The notes: a model not told the origin generated them from the letters alone. 64,000 bases of DNA from Lingula anatina (GCA_051362555.1 CM120642.1:10354001-10418000); one strand, 5' to 3'. Shown: positions 25,301 to 39,200, counted from the stretch's first letter. A program made the numbers and translations.

Positions 25301-28300
25301 AAGAGATAGCATCCTCTGGGCAAATTGTACGACTTAAGTCCCATTTTCGAAAACACATCTTCTTTTTCGCAATTCATACCAGTGTGCCCAGTCCCAGTAC
25401 AGTTACATACGACGCCCGTTGTGAATGGTAAGCATACACCATTATTCATACACGGGTTGTTACTACACGGCTGTACGATTGTGCTTACGGGTGTACTCGT
25501 CACTGTTGTGGTACGCACAGTAGTGCTCTCAGTCGTTGTTGATGATGTCGTCGGTGGCGTCGCTGAAGTAGTTGTCTCCTGTAGTGCCGCTGAAGTAGTT
25601 GTCTCCTGTTGCGTCGCTGAAGTAGTCGTTTCCCGTGGCGTCGCTGAAGTAGTTGTCTTCTGTGGCGTCCCTGAAGTAGTTGTCTCCTGTGGTGCCTCAG
25701 AAGAAATGTCTTGTGTTATTGTACTTGTTGTAGTTCCATTAAAAACGGCCGTAAAATTAAACTCTTCAATGACAGCTTGAAAAAAATACATAAAAATAAA
25801 AAATTATATTATATAACGATGCTAGGAACTACAGCATATATAACATATTTCGATTGGCAATTGATATTTTCCGTGTTCTACTGCAAACTAATGGCGATAC
25901 AAGTATGGTCACAATTTAAAGACGTTGAGTGCCCGTCGCCATCTTTTTATCAAACTTGGCAAGTGCATCGAATTTCGCATTCACAGATAAAGGGTTCTCT
26001 TTTCCTTAACATACAATAAAGCCCGTAATAGGACGTATACTTTCATCGTCATCTTCTTACCTTGACAAGTGTGACCGTCGCCTCCAAGGACGAAACCAGC
26101 TTCGTTACATTCGCAGTGGTAGGAGCCGTTGGTGTTAATGCAAATGTCGCTACAACTGCCGTTATTGACAGCACATTCATTTATATCTGCAACATACAGT
26201 ATCAAAATATTGTCAAAATACCAATAAAACTATTTCCAAAAATTTTAAAAAGTGTGGACGTTTTCAAAGTCAGTGATGACCAATAATCAGACCGTTTGTT
26301 TAGTGTCTTTCATTGGACTGGCGCGTCTTAACTCATAGTTGGGGATTATTCAGGAAATTATCATTCTGCTAACTGAAATCTGTATGTTTTGAGACCATCC
26401 ACCAAAGTTTTAATTCCCTATTGATTACAAGATTACAATTACAATTACTTAAAAGATTACAATTAAAACTGAATAGTCTAAGAACTTTAACACATCTTTA
26501 TACAATGGCGTCCAGATATATTCAACAAAATGTAAATGTTTTTTATATTAAACCCAAGACCTACCTTCACACGATTGAGAGTCATTTCCCAACTGGTAGC
26601 CATCTTGGTTGCAGAAACACAGGAAAGAACCTATAATGTTGGTGCATGTGTCTTCACACCCACCATTAGAGATACTGCACTCGTCCACATCTGATGAAAA
26701 ATAATGTTTCATGTTTTTTTTTATAATCGCAAATGGGCTATGAGAACTTTACTTTTACTTTACCAAAATAGTCATGCTGACACAAGCGACGTAAAATTAC
26801 ACTCACCGTCACACGAGCGAAAGTCTGCTCCTAAAATATATCCTGGGTCCGTACAAGCACACGCGAATGATCCATTTAGATTGTCGCACCGATCATCGCA
26901 GCCTCCATTTGCAACCAGGCATTCATTAATATCTGTAAGAGAGTTGCAGACATGTGTATGAAGTTTTGTTTGGAAGTTACCCCACTGGTTTTAACGTTGT
27001 GAGTCGGGTTATGGGGTTATAATGACCGTAAAAGTTAGATCCCGTGGTTTAAAACCGATTTAAATCCATTTCTCGATAACGTTTTGCACATTATACCTTT
27101 ACGCAAAGTGAATTAATCTTACAATACGCCCTGGCTATCAGCGTCTATTACAAACTCTTCTCTAAAATCAGCATACCAGTTCAATAACCAGTATATTCAA
27201 ATACATCATTAGATAAAAGTAAAACACTAAGGGCGGGCGTAGCCTGCGCAGAAGTAAAATACGGTCAAGGTCATTGGAGTACATGTACCTTACCTTCACA
27301 ATTCCCATCCTTAGCGACGTATCCATCTGGACACACTGTTATGTTACAACCAACGCAGGGTGGAACCTCTGATAAAACATATGAAATTTGTACGGTGTCA
27401 AGACATCAGTGCTCATTTGATGCAATGTTGTGCTTACAATATCATAATTTATAATTTGACCATTGGATATCAGAAAAAAAGACTGGAAATGTTTTCATTC
27501 TTTAAATTCAATCAATTTTTTAAGATAATGTTTAAATACTCCTCTGATTAGAAAAAGATTGTTTCGGTTAAGATTTCATCTGGATTTGTCTTACCAAAGC
27601 AATATGCTTGTGGACATGCCACCGTCGGACTAAGATAGTACACCGTAAAGTCTGTGCAATTCTTGATTTGCACTGGCAGCAAGGACTCACAGCAGCTGTC
27701 AGGCGACCCAACACATGCTTCTAAGGTTATCATGTCGCCCTCTGGTATAGGCGTGTTGGCTGAAACAAACAAACAAAATAATTGGAATTTCAATTTTCAA
27801 TTTTGAAAAAAAAAAACAGACAAACTCACTTACCAAAAAAAAATAATAATAATAATAACGGATAAAAGTGGTAAGGGATTAGTGAAATAAAACCAACGAC
27901 AAAAAAGAAAAAAATACAGAGTAAATTCGCTTGGAAGTTTTCGCTTCATGCATTGCCTTGTTAATATTTGAGAATATGTCTTCAAAGAGTTCATCTTTCT
28001 TAACAGACTTGTGTTAGATTGAAATAAAAAGTATAATTCTCCGTTCTTTGAAACAACTCCAAAACAATGCTGATTATTCACAATAGGATAAAAAGCTACG
28101 TGATTATGTAAAACAGTGGTGATAAAATATTGTTACGTTTAGGCAAGCTCAATATATCTCGAATTAGATGTTTTTCCTATTAACATGCATTCACTATTTT
28201 ACTAGTTTATCCAGAAGCTTCAAATATGTTAGGATTACATGGTTTGCTACGCAGTATTGCTAAACGACACTGTAAATAGAGCTGAATAGCCTTGGCTTTC

Positions 28301-30332
28301 CGATCTCTACGGGCTTTGTTCACTGAGTTTGACTGCAATTTGATGCCGAAGTACTTGTGTACTCTTTATTCGTGATTTTATTTCAAGGTTTTCGTCGTTG
28401 GTAAAGAACGCGGATTTTTGACTTCTCAAAGTGACGACTCTGGTCTTTCTTAACCAAATAGTACTCACTTGTATTCATCCAAACTGGTCCAGTCGTTCCA
28501 CAAGCTGGTGACCCAGGGCAGGTCGTAGGCAGGTGAAAGATGGGGGAGTGACCTATCTTGTACCAGGTCCTCAGCAGTAAAGAGTCACATTTGGGATTGG
28601 TGGTGAAGTTGGTGTTATTTGTGCTCCTCTCAAAACCCACCGTGAGTTCCTCGTAGTTTTGACAGGGGTCATAAGCTAAATTATAGATAAGGCCGGACAA
28701 AATTAATAAGTTTGGTACGAATGCGACCGACCCTCGCATACCCGTGAGAAAATCGGCCTTTTTTGTATGTACGTTTTTCATTATTTATTTTTTCATGAAA
28801 AAATATCAGCTATGGCTTTGGTGTCGTAAGTGGGAGAAATAACCAACTTATCTCAATGCTTGTGCTTTTATGCTCTAAGATCAGATTGATACCTCCCCCC
28901 CCCCCCCCCCCCCCCCCACCGCTAACAAAAAAACATCGGCCCTTTAACCACTTGTTAAACATTGTGTGTTTAAAATACAAAAAAAAAACAAAAAAATTCG
29001 TCTACCGATCCTATTTTCCGAGAGGCGGCGATTGTTATGCAACCAATCATGTTAATCTGCCCTAATTGGTATGTTTTTTCGTAAATATTTTAAAATAAAG
29101 AAATGATTTCAAGCGCGTTAGGTTTGTATTCATATTCAAGCAAAAGAAAATTATGAATAGATCTTATAAAATTATGAACAACATTTTTTTGTTTTCCAAA
29201 TAACTGTCCGTGTTTCTCACTATTTCTAAAAACGTATGACTTAGCACGCAGCATTGGTGTAAAATCGACACATGATCAATATCAGTTGTAAAGCCACTCT
29301 TTATTTATAGAAACGTAAGACATAAAATGTAGCGCTGATAGAGAATTAAGACTTATTATGACTCTTTATGCGGCACTGATACAGAATTCAGACGCGATCA
29401 GTTTCAAAAGCAAGGTGTAATGGAGATATGCTGAATTCTTTTTAGTGTGACTTTAATAAACACCATTGTAATAAATACCTCACAAAAAATATTATTCTGG
29501 CGCATACAAATTGCTAGTCTACATTGACAGCGACCTTGACTTACTTTCGTTACAGGTCAAGCCGTGGTAAGGCGGCTGGCATTTACAGGTGTCGGGCGCT
29601 ATACAATCGCCATTATTCTCACACCCTGCAGCGCAAACAGCTGAAACAAAATCCATTCACCAGATTAATTTGTTAGCAATGCAAATAAAAACTTTCACTG
29701 ACCTCCTAATTCCAGACCTCCAGTCATTATTTCTTTGACTAAAACACGGTTGCACTTTGGCCCTCTGTATGTATTCAGATCCGAACATAATGATCTGATA
29801 TATGCAGGGCTCTCAATTCTATTAATATACTTCGGAAAATTCTACTCACTTTACTCCAGATATCTTCGTTTTTCGTGTGTCATCCCATTGTAAATTAAAT
29901 TGAAAACAAACTATTTTGTGTGTCTAAATTCTATAAAAGAATACGTCGACTTACGTATGTCACAACTGCTAGTGTTTGTCGCGTTGACCCCAGCGGACCA
30001 CCCATCACAGCAGTATTCTACTGTTACTGGGAGAGTGTCGTAGGCTAAGCTGTACGTGCTACAGTCGTAGTAGCTGGAAAGGTAACATAGCCATATGCTA
30101 TTTACAGATGAAATTATCTAATCACTTATCCTGTGCCAATAATACTTTATTCAGCGCTCGGTCACATGTGGTATATTTATTTATTCATTTATTGTTTGTT
30201 TATTTGTTTGTTTGATTGTTTGTGTGTGTGTGTGTGTTTTTAATGACATTATTAAACAGTTTTATGTGTCTATTCAAATGTGGTTACATGTATCTGTAAT
30301 TAGGGATTTGTGAGTTGCTGAACATTTCACCA

Positions 30333-30364
<32 letters not shown>

Positions 30365-32940
30365 CGCAACCATTTCATTTATAATAAATACCACTGATAT
30401 AATCTTCATCATTATTATTGCTGTTTCATAATCAAAAGTAAAATAATTCACTGATAATTTGTACAAAGCCTTAATTGCCAAAAAGATTAAAAATGATCAA
30501 TTTTAAAATCATATTCTTTAATTCCCTTTTCACCGATTTGTAAATATACAAATACAGCCTTCCCACAACAAGCCTTCAACTTGCGAAAATATTGTTGCAA
30601 ACGGTGATGTTATTAAACCGTGTTTATTTGTATACCGTTTTGCTCGTTGTGAAGACGGTGGCTATTTTAGCTCTTCTTGGAACGAGTAAACGAGACTGTG
30701 TCAATGTCTCGATTTCAAGTTGTATATTGGTTTGAGGCAAACACGGGAAATAAATATCCTTTTGTGCAGTCTTAATAACTTGACGTGGTTACTAAGTAAA
30801 GTGAGAATTAACAAAAAGCGTGCAGCAAATCTAAAGTCTAATGGCCAGGGCCTGGAATCTAGGCCCATATCAAATTTGCTTGTGTTGAAAATTCTTTGGA
30901 TCAAAGCTGAGCGTTCCATCGATGTTTGATAACTGGTTTTGCACTGCCAACGGCACGTAATCCCGCTTCCTCCAATTTTTTTTTTTTTTTTTTTTTTTTT
31001 TAGATAATTCTACATTTTGTAATACAAGTATATCAATGTTCATCACGGGGGTACTGAATATGGTGTCTAAAGTCTAGTGCCTTGTTTCGTTTTTCGTAGA
31101 CGATTCTGGCAATCAGAAACTGTCATTTTAAAAATACTTTGATCTTGGTTAGTATTTGGTTACAAGATTCATAAATACGCTAGAATGAGACGAGACAAAA
31201 CAAAATTCTAAGAACATAATAAGCATTTTATGGTAACAAAATCTGTGCTTTGCGCTATAATTGATTTCACTTTATAAAATTAAATAATATAAGAATATTG
31301 AAAAAATGATTTTCTTCGAATGTAAGCAGTCGCCTAACTTCTTTGTTATATTTTAATGTGGGAATTTATTCATCGTACCCCTTACGACAGAAAGTTACCT
31401 GGTACATCTGCCCCAGTCCCAGAGTCCACATGGTACTACCGTTCTGCAAGATCGATAATGTTTGACCAATCTTGTGAAGTTTCTGTCTTCCGTTCTGGTA
31501 CAAACATGTCTAAAAATAATGAAACAAATCTGCTTTTAATACAATGTACAAAAGTATCAACAGTGTGAGTCGTGTATGGAAAACAATGAAGAGAAAATTC
31601 GCCTTATATATCTGCATGTCCACGATACTGGGTAACAGCATTGGGACATGAGCATTAAAATTTCAACATGGCGCCGATCTTGTGAGCACGCTTTCCGCTT
31701 AGCATATGTATTTTGCTTTATATACATAAATTTTGGAAAATGTATTATTAGACACAAACAAATGTATTATTAGACACATACAAATATTATCAGGAATGGA
31801 TACACTTAACTTCCCCGAGTTGGGAGCGCACGCTGCAATCCTGAATCGGCGGTTAAAGAGCGATGACATGAAATCGTTTTTCATGAATTACGCACTAAAA
31901 AGTGAGTTCCAGATATAACTTATTTAATTAGTCTCATTTAATATTTATGTGACTGGGTTAATACGTCATCAAGGGAAATCTGCACTGTTTACGCTAAGTC
32001 CCTGGGCCGGATCTGAATGGGGAAACGAAATTACACGCTAGCTGTGGTTTCGCTGCCGTGCGAGTCTAAAGGAAACGAAACCGGATTGGATCAATGCATC
32101 TGTGGTTACACGCTCAGATGACAAGATTTATTCACACATTGAAGCAGAGCGTATTTCAGGTATTTAAATCCTGAAATTGAACGATTTGTATTGTTCACGC
32201 GTATGGGAGATAGTACTTTGTACTGAAGTTGAAAATGGTAACGATGGTAATGCACAACAACCCGTTTTCTTCACCCACCAAAATTTGCAACGAAGAGCAA
32301 TTTTGTTTTTTCTCTAGTGTGTGTGCCGTAAATGATCCCTGAGATGACCAAAAAAAATGAAAATACTTTTCTGAGAGATTTCTTTTCCATAATGTACAGC
32401 TGTAAAACCGACTGGTATGTCTGTGTCCCAGATTTAAACTCTGTTTTATGTATATATATAATAAAATATGAATAATATAAAATGTAAAGAAAAAAGGGCA
32501 AAAACCACAGTTACTAGAAAAATTGAGATAAAAATTTAGACCCCATTCCGATAGGTTTTAGATCGATCTTTCCCTGTGGGGAGTCTCACTAGATTACTGT
32601 CAGCTTACTAAAAGCCGTAAGGGGGTAATTAACTATGGTGCGCGCTCGGCTAACTGCAATTTAGCGTGAACCCCCATGGAGTTAGGTCGATCTAAATCTA
32701 AATCTCTGGATCGATCTAAATCTCTGGGAAGGCTCAACTGCTACGCCTGAGTTACGACTCGTTGGTGCAGCCGGACCCTGGGTTGTAGGTGTCCCGACAT
32801 CAGGGCACTGGCGTCATAGTATCTGAGCTGCAGGTCTTAAAATTTTACTCTTACCCTGTTAATCCGCTGGACACTCCAAAATATGACAGAACGAACGTAG
32901 CACAAATCCCTATGGCAGCGAGAACGATTCTCCGTGACAT
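16305..32940 (-). CDS. Paralogue B, complete: 2578-aa type I membrane protein (same architecture as A plus TM and ~110-aa cytoplasmic tail)
   Basis: 18 exons: 32855-32940, 31399-31509, 29955-30073, 29545-29640, 28469-28675, 27595-27759, 27294-27368, 26807-26932, 26565-26690, 26061-26186, 24479-25775, 23696-23810, 23341-23482, 18764-23140, 18281-18382, 18009-18034, 17078-17184 (TM: [29 protein letters not shown]), 16305-16638 (tail to TAA). Sum 7737 nt, divisible by 3; all phases join. Confidence 0.88.
18764..23140 (-). CDS. Paralogue B exon 14 (4377 nt), homologous to 725-5095
   Basis: ORF 18705..23168 trimmed to splice sites; 6 nt longer than in A (extra SL). Confidence 0.9.
24479..25775 (-). 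CDS. Paralogue B exon 11: Thr-rich stalk + EGF + unassigned domain
   Basis: ORF 24400..25791 trimmed to splice sites; 108 nt longer than in A, all within the Thr-rich part. Confidence 0.88.
25561..25695 (-). repeat. Coding minisatellite, 5 x 27 bp (ETTTSATPQ-like), paralogue B
   Basis: Units cgctgaagtagttgtctcctg......; only 2 units at the A homologue (7590-7643). Confidence 0.85.
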
Positions 32941-34505
32941 TTCAATACCACCAATCAGTCTATGTAATAAGTTTCGCTTAATCTCACAGTTTTAAGACTG
33001 TTTCAGTAAATGATCCTAGCCACATTGGTTGAGTCTTGCACATATTGTCTTGTGTGCAGTGATCATAGCCCCACATCTACTAAGTATTTACAGCTCCGAA
33101 AATCTAAATTAAGTTTTTACAAATGTAAATATGAAAAAAAAAACCAAAAATTGCAGAGCGGAACCTCAGGCAATTATTTCTTTTAGCGATATTGAAAAAC
33201 GTGTAGCCTACAAGACATAGCGCTGTATACTTCAATAGGCCTATGTGATGGATGCAGGTTCACCTGCACAAAGACAGTGCAACGCATTTGTTGTGACAGA
33301 AAACATTTTAAAAAGACGGGTTCAGTTATTTCTAAAAGCTTACGGGTTACCATAGACGTAAGTAAACAAAGAAACTCTTATTCGAAATATGATCTGTCTA
33401 TTGATGGCTTCTGCTATTTGACTTGGAAATTAACAAATACATCTATTCGAACAGGTCGGAAAAGCCAACAGCAATGTCAGTTTAATAAAAAAGAAATTAT
33501 GTGATGCATGTACAGTGTACATATATAAACTTAAACTTGACTACGTTCGCTTCCGAACAATTAAATTCCACTTTTCAAGTAATTAAAGTTGGATTACAGT
33601 TATTTGGGGGTGGGTGGGGGTGGGCTTTTACCACACAAATATAAAAAAAGGGGACGTAAAAAGACGGTTATGTTTTTTTTTTTTCAAAGTTTATCCATAT
33701 CCTTGTAATTTTTTCTCCCATTTTCTTTTCCTTGGACGGATTCATAATTATATTTTATATCATAACTGTACATGATAACTATTAATGCAAACAAATGGAT
33801 TCTCGTTGAACATGACATTCAGGTGAACACTGCGCCATCTATTAGAAGTAGTGATAACTTCTCAAGTTAAACTATATATTACATTTTTGTACAGATTTTT
33901 AAACTCAATGTAGTAAATTTTGTTAACATGAGTATGTGTATACGAGTATGTAGCTAATGTGACATTGAGAAAATTATTGCGTTTATAGTAACATTATCAT
34001 TTTACAGTCGTGCAGCTTTTTGAAACTATTAGTGCATTTTGATATATAGATGTGACATCTATATGGTTTATTGTAATTAAATGGATATTTTTTAATAGTT
34101 GTTGGTCAATGTTGCAGTCGGCTATATTGTTGTGTTTGTCATGTAGTCCCTCATTCAAGAAGTAGATTTGAAAGAAGCTCAACTATTCACAACTGTTCAC
34201 AGCCTGGCTGAATATTAAGAAAAACAGAAAGAATGTAGTTGCCTGTACAAAGAATATTTATTGGTGATTCCTTACATAACAGTAGTATATTTATGTGTCA
34301 TTGTATAGAAAGGGTTCTATCACAAAATGAGACCTGTCATTGAATGTCTTTTAGATTGGGAACTTTGGAGCGTAAATAAATCAACAACAAAGACTCCAGG
34401 GCTCAACCGTAAATTTTCCCCCTCAACAAAAATGAAAAATGCATTTCTGATTTTCCCGCAATTAAGACAGGTGGCACTTATTAACCAAGTCACCAAATGT
34501 GACTG

Positions 34506-34971
34506 TCATTTTGGTGCATTTTCTCCTCCTTGCAGTACAAGTGAAATGTACGAATTTGGAGTAAGATAGTATTCACTACCCGTATCCCCAGAATATTCAT
34601 CATATGAATGCGGTCCAATTAAACCAATGTACGCATTTTCAGCAGACTGCTTCACCCCTGCTGTCAAATCTATGTACTCCCCAGCGTACACCCCAGGTGT
34701 AGGTGCCATTGTGGAGATGGGTCTGGGGGGCGGTGTTGGTGCTTTGGCGCCCTCCCCTTCAAAACTTGGATTGTCATAGGGAATCTCTTCATAAAGCGAC
34801 TCGGATGTTTTCTGCCGCGTGAATGGTGGCGGGGAGTGAGTGTTGCTCCTGGCACTGTCTTCTCTGCCAGCCATTCGCAGTTTTTCAGATGACGGCTGTG
34901 TGGCCATGTTGGGAGCTGAACGAAGGTCTTCACATGTCTTAGGTTGCCATTCGGGAGCACCTCTTTTTCTC
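34506..34971 (-). CDS. Paralogue C last exon: cytoplasmic tail with 10 Tyr and a PPPRP motif
   Basis: Follows the TM exon in phase 2 (RRKR stop-transfer); contains SLYEEI, YDNP, YIDL, YIGL, YISL. Confidence 0.8.
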
Positions 34972-36231
34972 CTTGAAAAATACATATATATTCAAACAGT
35001 CACCAACTTTTACAGTAACAATCAGGTTTGACTTAGCAAGGTCACGACATCCTATTTTTAGAAATAGTTATCAACACATCATAATGATGATTGGGTTTCC
35101 AACTTTCAAAATTATTATTTTAATTAAAATTTATCTCTTAGAATTTACCTTAACAGTATGACAGTTACAGCAATCACAACAACAATAACTACCACAGCAG
35201 CAGCAACGATCCCAATCATACCTGAAACACATAAACGAATAATCCCAATTAAAACGAAGAGTTAATTATTAAAATGATAGGGGTTTAATGATTATATTTT
35301 TTAAAATAAAATACAAAATATAAGCCTTAAATTTCTTTTTTTTATCCGCCTACCCTTATTTTCATTTGATATCTCAATTAATATTAGAGTATTCCATGAA
35401 TGTACTACAGAATTAAAGATATTACTTAATATAATTTTTTAATTTACTTTGGTATCTATAAAAAAACTATCATGTACAATCATCATAAACAATTACCAAT
35501 ATTAAGAGAATCTGATTGTCCAGTGCCATTCTGCTGCCCAGAACCTGAACCTGAAACAGAATTTGCACCCGAACCAGAATTTGAACCAGAACCTGAACCA
35601 GAATTTGAACCAGTCCCTGAACCAGAATTTGAACCAGTCCCTGGACCAGAATTTGAACCAGATCCTGAACCAGAAGTTGAAGCAGAACCTAAACCAGAAG
35701 TTGAACCAGAACCACTGTGTCCATTTGAGGTAGTGGTAGACGGTGGATTGGATGGCGGTAATTTCGTGGTAGAACTAACTGTTATCATGTTACAGCTGAT
35801 TGACATCAAGTATCCAGGATCAGCAGCTAGAACAGAAAAAATATATATATATTTAAGTCGACATGACATGTGCACACTCTTTGCATAAAACTTTACTTTA
35901 CAGAAACCAGGAATGATATTGGAAAACACTCCGTAAGATTTCAGTTGATTCCTAAGCGTGTGCGTGTGCATCCATTTGAATGACAATATTTTATGGTCTT
36001 GTCTATTTTGATAAAAAACCAAGCATATATTCGAAAAATGTCGAAACGGCTGCACATTTAACCTTTGCCGGAGAAAGTCAGTAGTAAATGCAGTTTAAGC
36101 GTGTGGCTTTTACTCCTATGGTTTAAGCCCGAATATGTATAAAAAAATCTAGTCGTGTTCGAAGTAAGTGCTGTTTAAAATCTATAGCGTAAAAACATTA
36201 CGTTTTCATTCCAAAGGAATTATATGTAAGG

Positions 36232-36269
<38 letters not shown>

Positions 36270-39200
36270 CTTTATTGTAACTTACCTTCAAATAAAATCA
36301 AGAAAGGGTCTGGATTGTCTCTACCATACAATGTCACTGTTATCAACTTTGTAGTCACGTTGTATTGGTTGACTCGGGTACAGCCAGGTCCCAGAGAGAC
36401 CGCGCCAGATATTTGTAAATGTGACTCTTCCATGCCGGTACGCTGACACGCCGATACATGAGTTCTGCTGCTGTGTAACAGATCTCCCGTGACATTATTT
36501 GCATCACTTTTTCCCCTGAATTCACAAACACAGGTAGATCCATCATTAGGCAGTGGGTGCGGAAAGTCAATACTGGCCAGGTAGATCCTTGATTCCGTCC
36601 TGTACCCGCCAGCGTCACACATATATTGGACTGAAGGTAGAGAAATGTGAAACTTGAAGAATTTGATCACATTACATGGTTTTACTGTAATAATGATTAA
36701 ACATTAAAAAACACATATTGTAAACAGTTAACGTGTCCTTAGCATTTTCTTAGAATGTTTGTAGTATACATGCATAGTATACGTATATGTTTATTTATAC
36801 ATGTAATATAAAGCAAAGAATAGACTATACTACAAAATCGAAATTCATTGGTAATAATTTCCCTATGATATATAACATCCTACAAACGACAACGATATAT
36901 TAAGACAAACAGAAATATATACCAGAAAGCGTCTTTCAAAGCATTTTCATGAAATTGCAATTTAGTAGGCAAAAATAAATTACACGTTTTTGACCATCAG
37001 TGAGGCACAAGGTATCGGAATTAATGAAACTTACAATATTTTTCTCGAAAGCAAATATTACATCATTACCTGGCAGACACTTGAATGTGACTGACGCCTC
37101 CAAAGTACACTGAATAGATGGCTGTGGACTTATTTCCACTTTGCACGTTTCTCTCCCATCGCACTCGTTCGCCAAATCCGCACGTGTTTGCAAGTTGTTG
37201 GCTACGTCAATGCATGTGACAGTGTCAGTAAACTGATTGCAACCACCATAGACACTCGACTGTCGATATCGTATACTCAAAACTTGTATTGCTTGGTCAC
37301 CAAGACAAGATAAACCCAGTATTATGCCTTCTTGGATTGAAGAACAGTTTTTGGCTTCTTCAGTACCTTGAAAAAAGGGTAACGAAATCATAAATGGTCA
37401 AGACAATTGCAATGGGTTCTTACGTCTAAGCTTTAGGATTGAAAATTAACAGTTCTTACTTTGTCGTGTGAATTTGAAATCATATATTAATCTTTGACCG
37501 GGCATTATCCTTGCCATACGCCCCCACCTCCCGCTATATGTTGGTCACACAGCAGGGGCAGCCTGGTGAGACAGGCGCCTATGCATGCCACATTAATTGA
37601 TTATCTACTGGGGGTCACTTCCAAAGACACAATAAGTCTTGTACAATATGCCTTTTGTCAAAAAGTCTCAGAGTTGTTAACGACATAACAACTGTTCGCT
37701 TTGCCCCCCCCCCCAAAAAAAAAAGCTTTTTCTGGGGTAAATGACGCCTTTTCCATACTTATCAATTATTAATAAATCCATCCCGATATTCAAAGTTAGT
37801 AAGCCCATGTTTTTTCTAAAAATATTTTTTCAAAATAATCTATTAAAAAATAATTGCGGAGTTATAGCCATCTATGGAGTTCCACGTAGTCTGATGGCAA
37901 GCACAGGCAAATAATTTCGATAGCTGCTGTTTTAGTGGAGGAATTTATAACATTTCTATGAGTTGTTTACACTGTATTAATTGTGAAATGTGAATCTCTT
38001 ACGAACCATTTTATGCCTATGTCTGCTAATCAGAGAAAAAAATGCAATTCAACGCCCGATTGACTTAAACTGTTACTAAATGGGCCCATAAATGGGTCCA
38101 AAAACTTGGACCACTATTATGATGTCTTGTATTTGCGAAATACAATCATACATATAATCATGATAGCCTTCTCCTCTGAAACCGACTGAATTCATGTCAT
38201 GTTATTTAAACATGTACCAGTACCAACAGCACCCTCCCACGAGCAAACAAATAAAAGGGTTTAAAACCTGAGAAAAGCTCTGTAAAACACGCTCCCCTAA
38301 AGTAAGTGTTAGCGTAGGACGACCATCGTTCCGTCAACTGCCTGGAGGAACAGATTTAGACCCTGTTTGTCCTGTTGGTTCTACTTGTGAAACCTCCGCC
38401 TTTAACACGCACAGTACAATGAGTACTACGTGCTGCAAAGGCAATACATCCCGTTTATACTTAATCTTGACGTGTTTCCCCCGATTTTCAGAGCGGCTTG
38501 ATTGAGACTTTTACAAACGCAAGCTGACAGCCACCCGTCTGCAGACACTATACTCTGCAAAGATGTGAAGCTCGGGATAGACGTTCCAACTTTTATATTA
38601 CCTTGACAAGTGTGACCGTCGCCTCCAAGGACAGAACCAGCCTTGTTACATTCGCAGCGGTAGGAGCCGTTGGTGTTGATGCAAACGTCACTACAACTAC
38701 CATTATTGACAGCGCATTCATTTATATCTGCAACATACAGTATCAAAATATTATCAACAAGGATAAATACTGATGGAAGTCTTCTAAAAATAAACAATGA
38801 GTTTCTCTTCAAAGTCAGTGATGATGACTTATAGTCAAAACGTCTGTTTTGCATCTTTCGTGAAATTGACGGTGGAACTGGCGCGTGTAAACCGTGCCGG
38901 TGTTTATTTTTCACCTGTCTCTACTCATAGTAACATATACTATCATCATCATGTACATACCTTGACAAGCGTGACCGTCGCCTCCAAGGACAAAACCAGC
39001 CTCGTTACATTCGCAGTGGTAGGAGCCGTTGGTGTTGATGCAAACATCACTACAACTGCCGTTATTGACAGCACATTCATTTATATCTGCAACGTAATAT
39101 TCAAAATATTGTCAAAATAACATAAAACTATTTCCAAAAATTTAAAGAGTAAGTACGTCTTCAAAGTCAGTGATGACTAATAATCAGACCGTCTGCTTTG

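Noticed and set aside
25561-25695. CRISPR-like appearance of the 27-bp repeats (also the 42- and 54-bp duplications)
   Set aside because: No unique spacers, in-frame coding repeats, eukaryotic context, no cas genes.
32540-32730. Inverted tttagatcgatc...gatcgatctaaa motif in B intron 1 as a MITE
   Set aside because: Probably a TE relic, but ends and TSD could not be defined.
1-33870. A and B as two alleles assembled in tandem (artefact)
   Set aside because: Introns differ by many substitutions, large indels and copy-specific insertions, and the flanks differ; this fits true paralogues better. Read depth would settle it.
35472-35888. PEPEPEFE-repeat ORF on the plus strand
   Set aside because: Antisense shadow of the Gly/Ser stalk exon of C.
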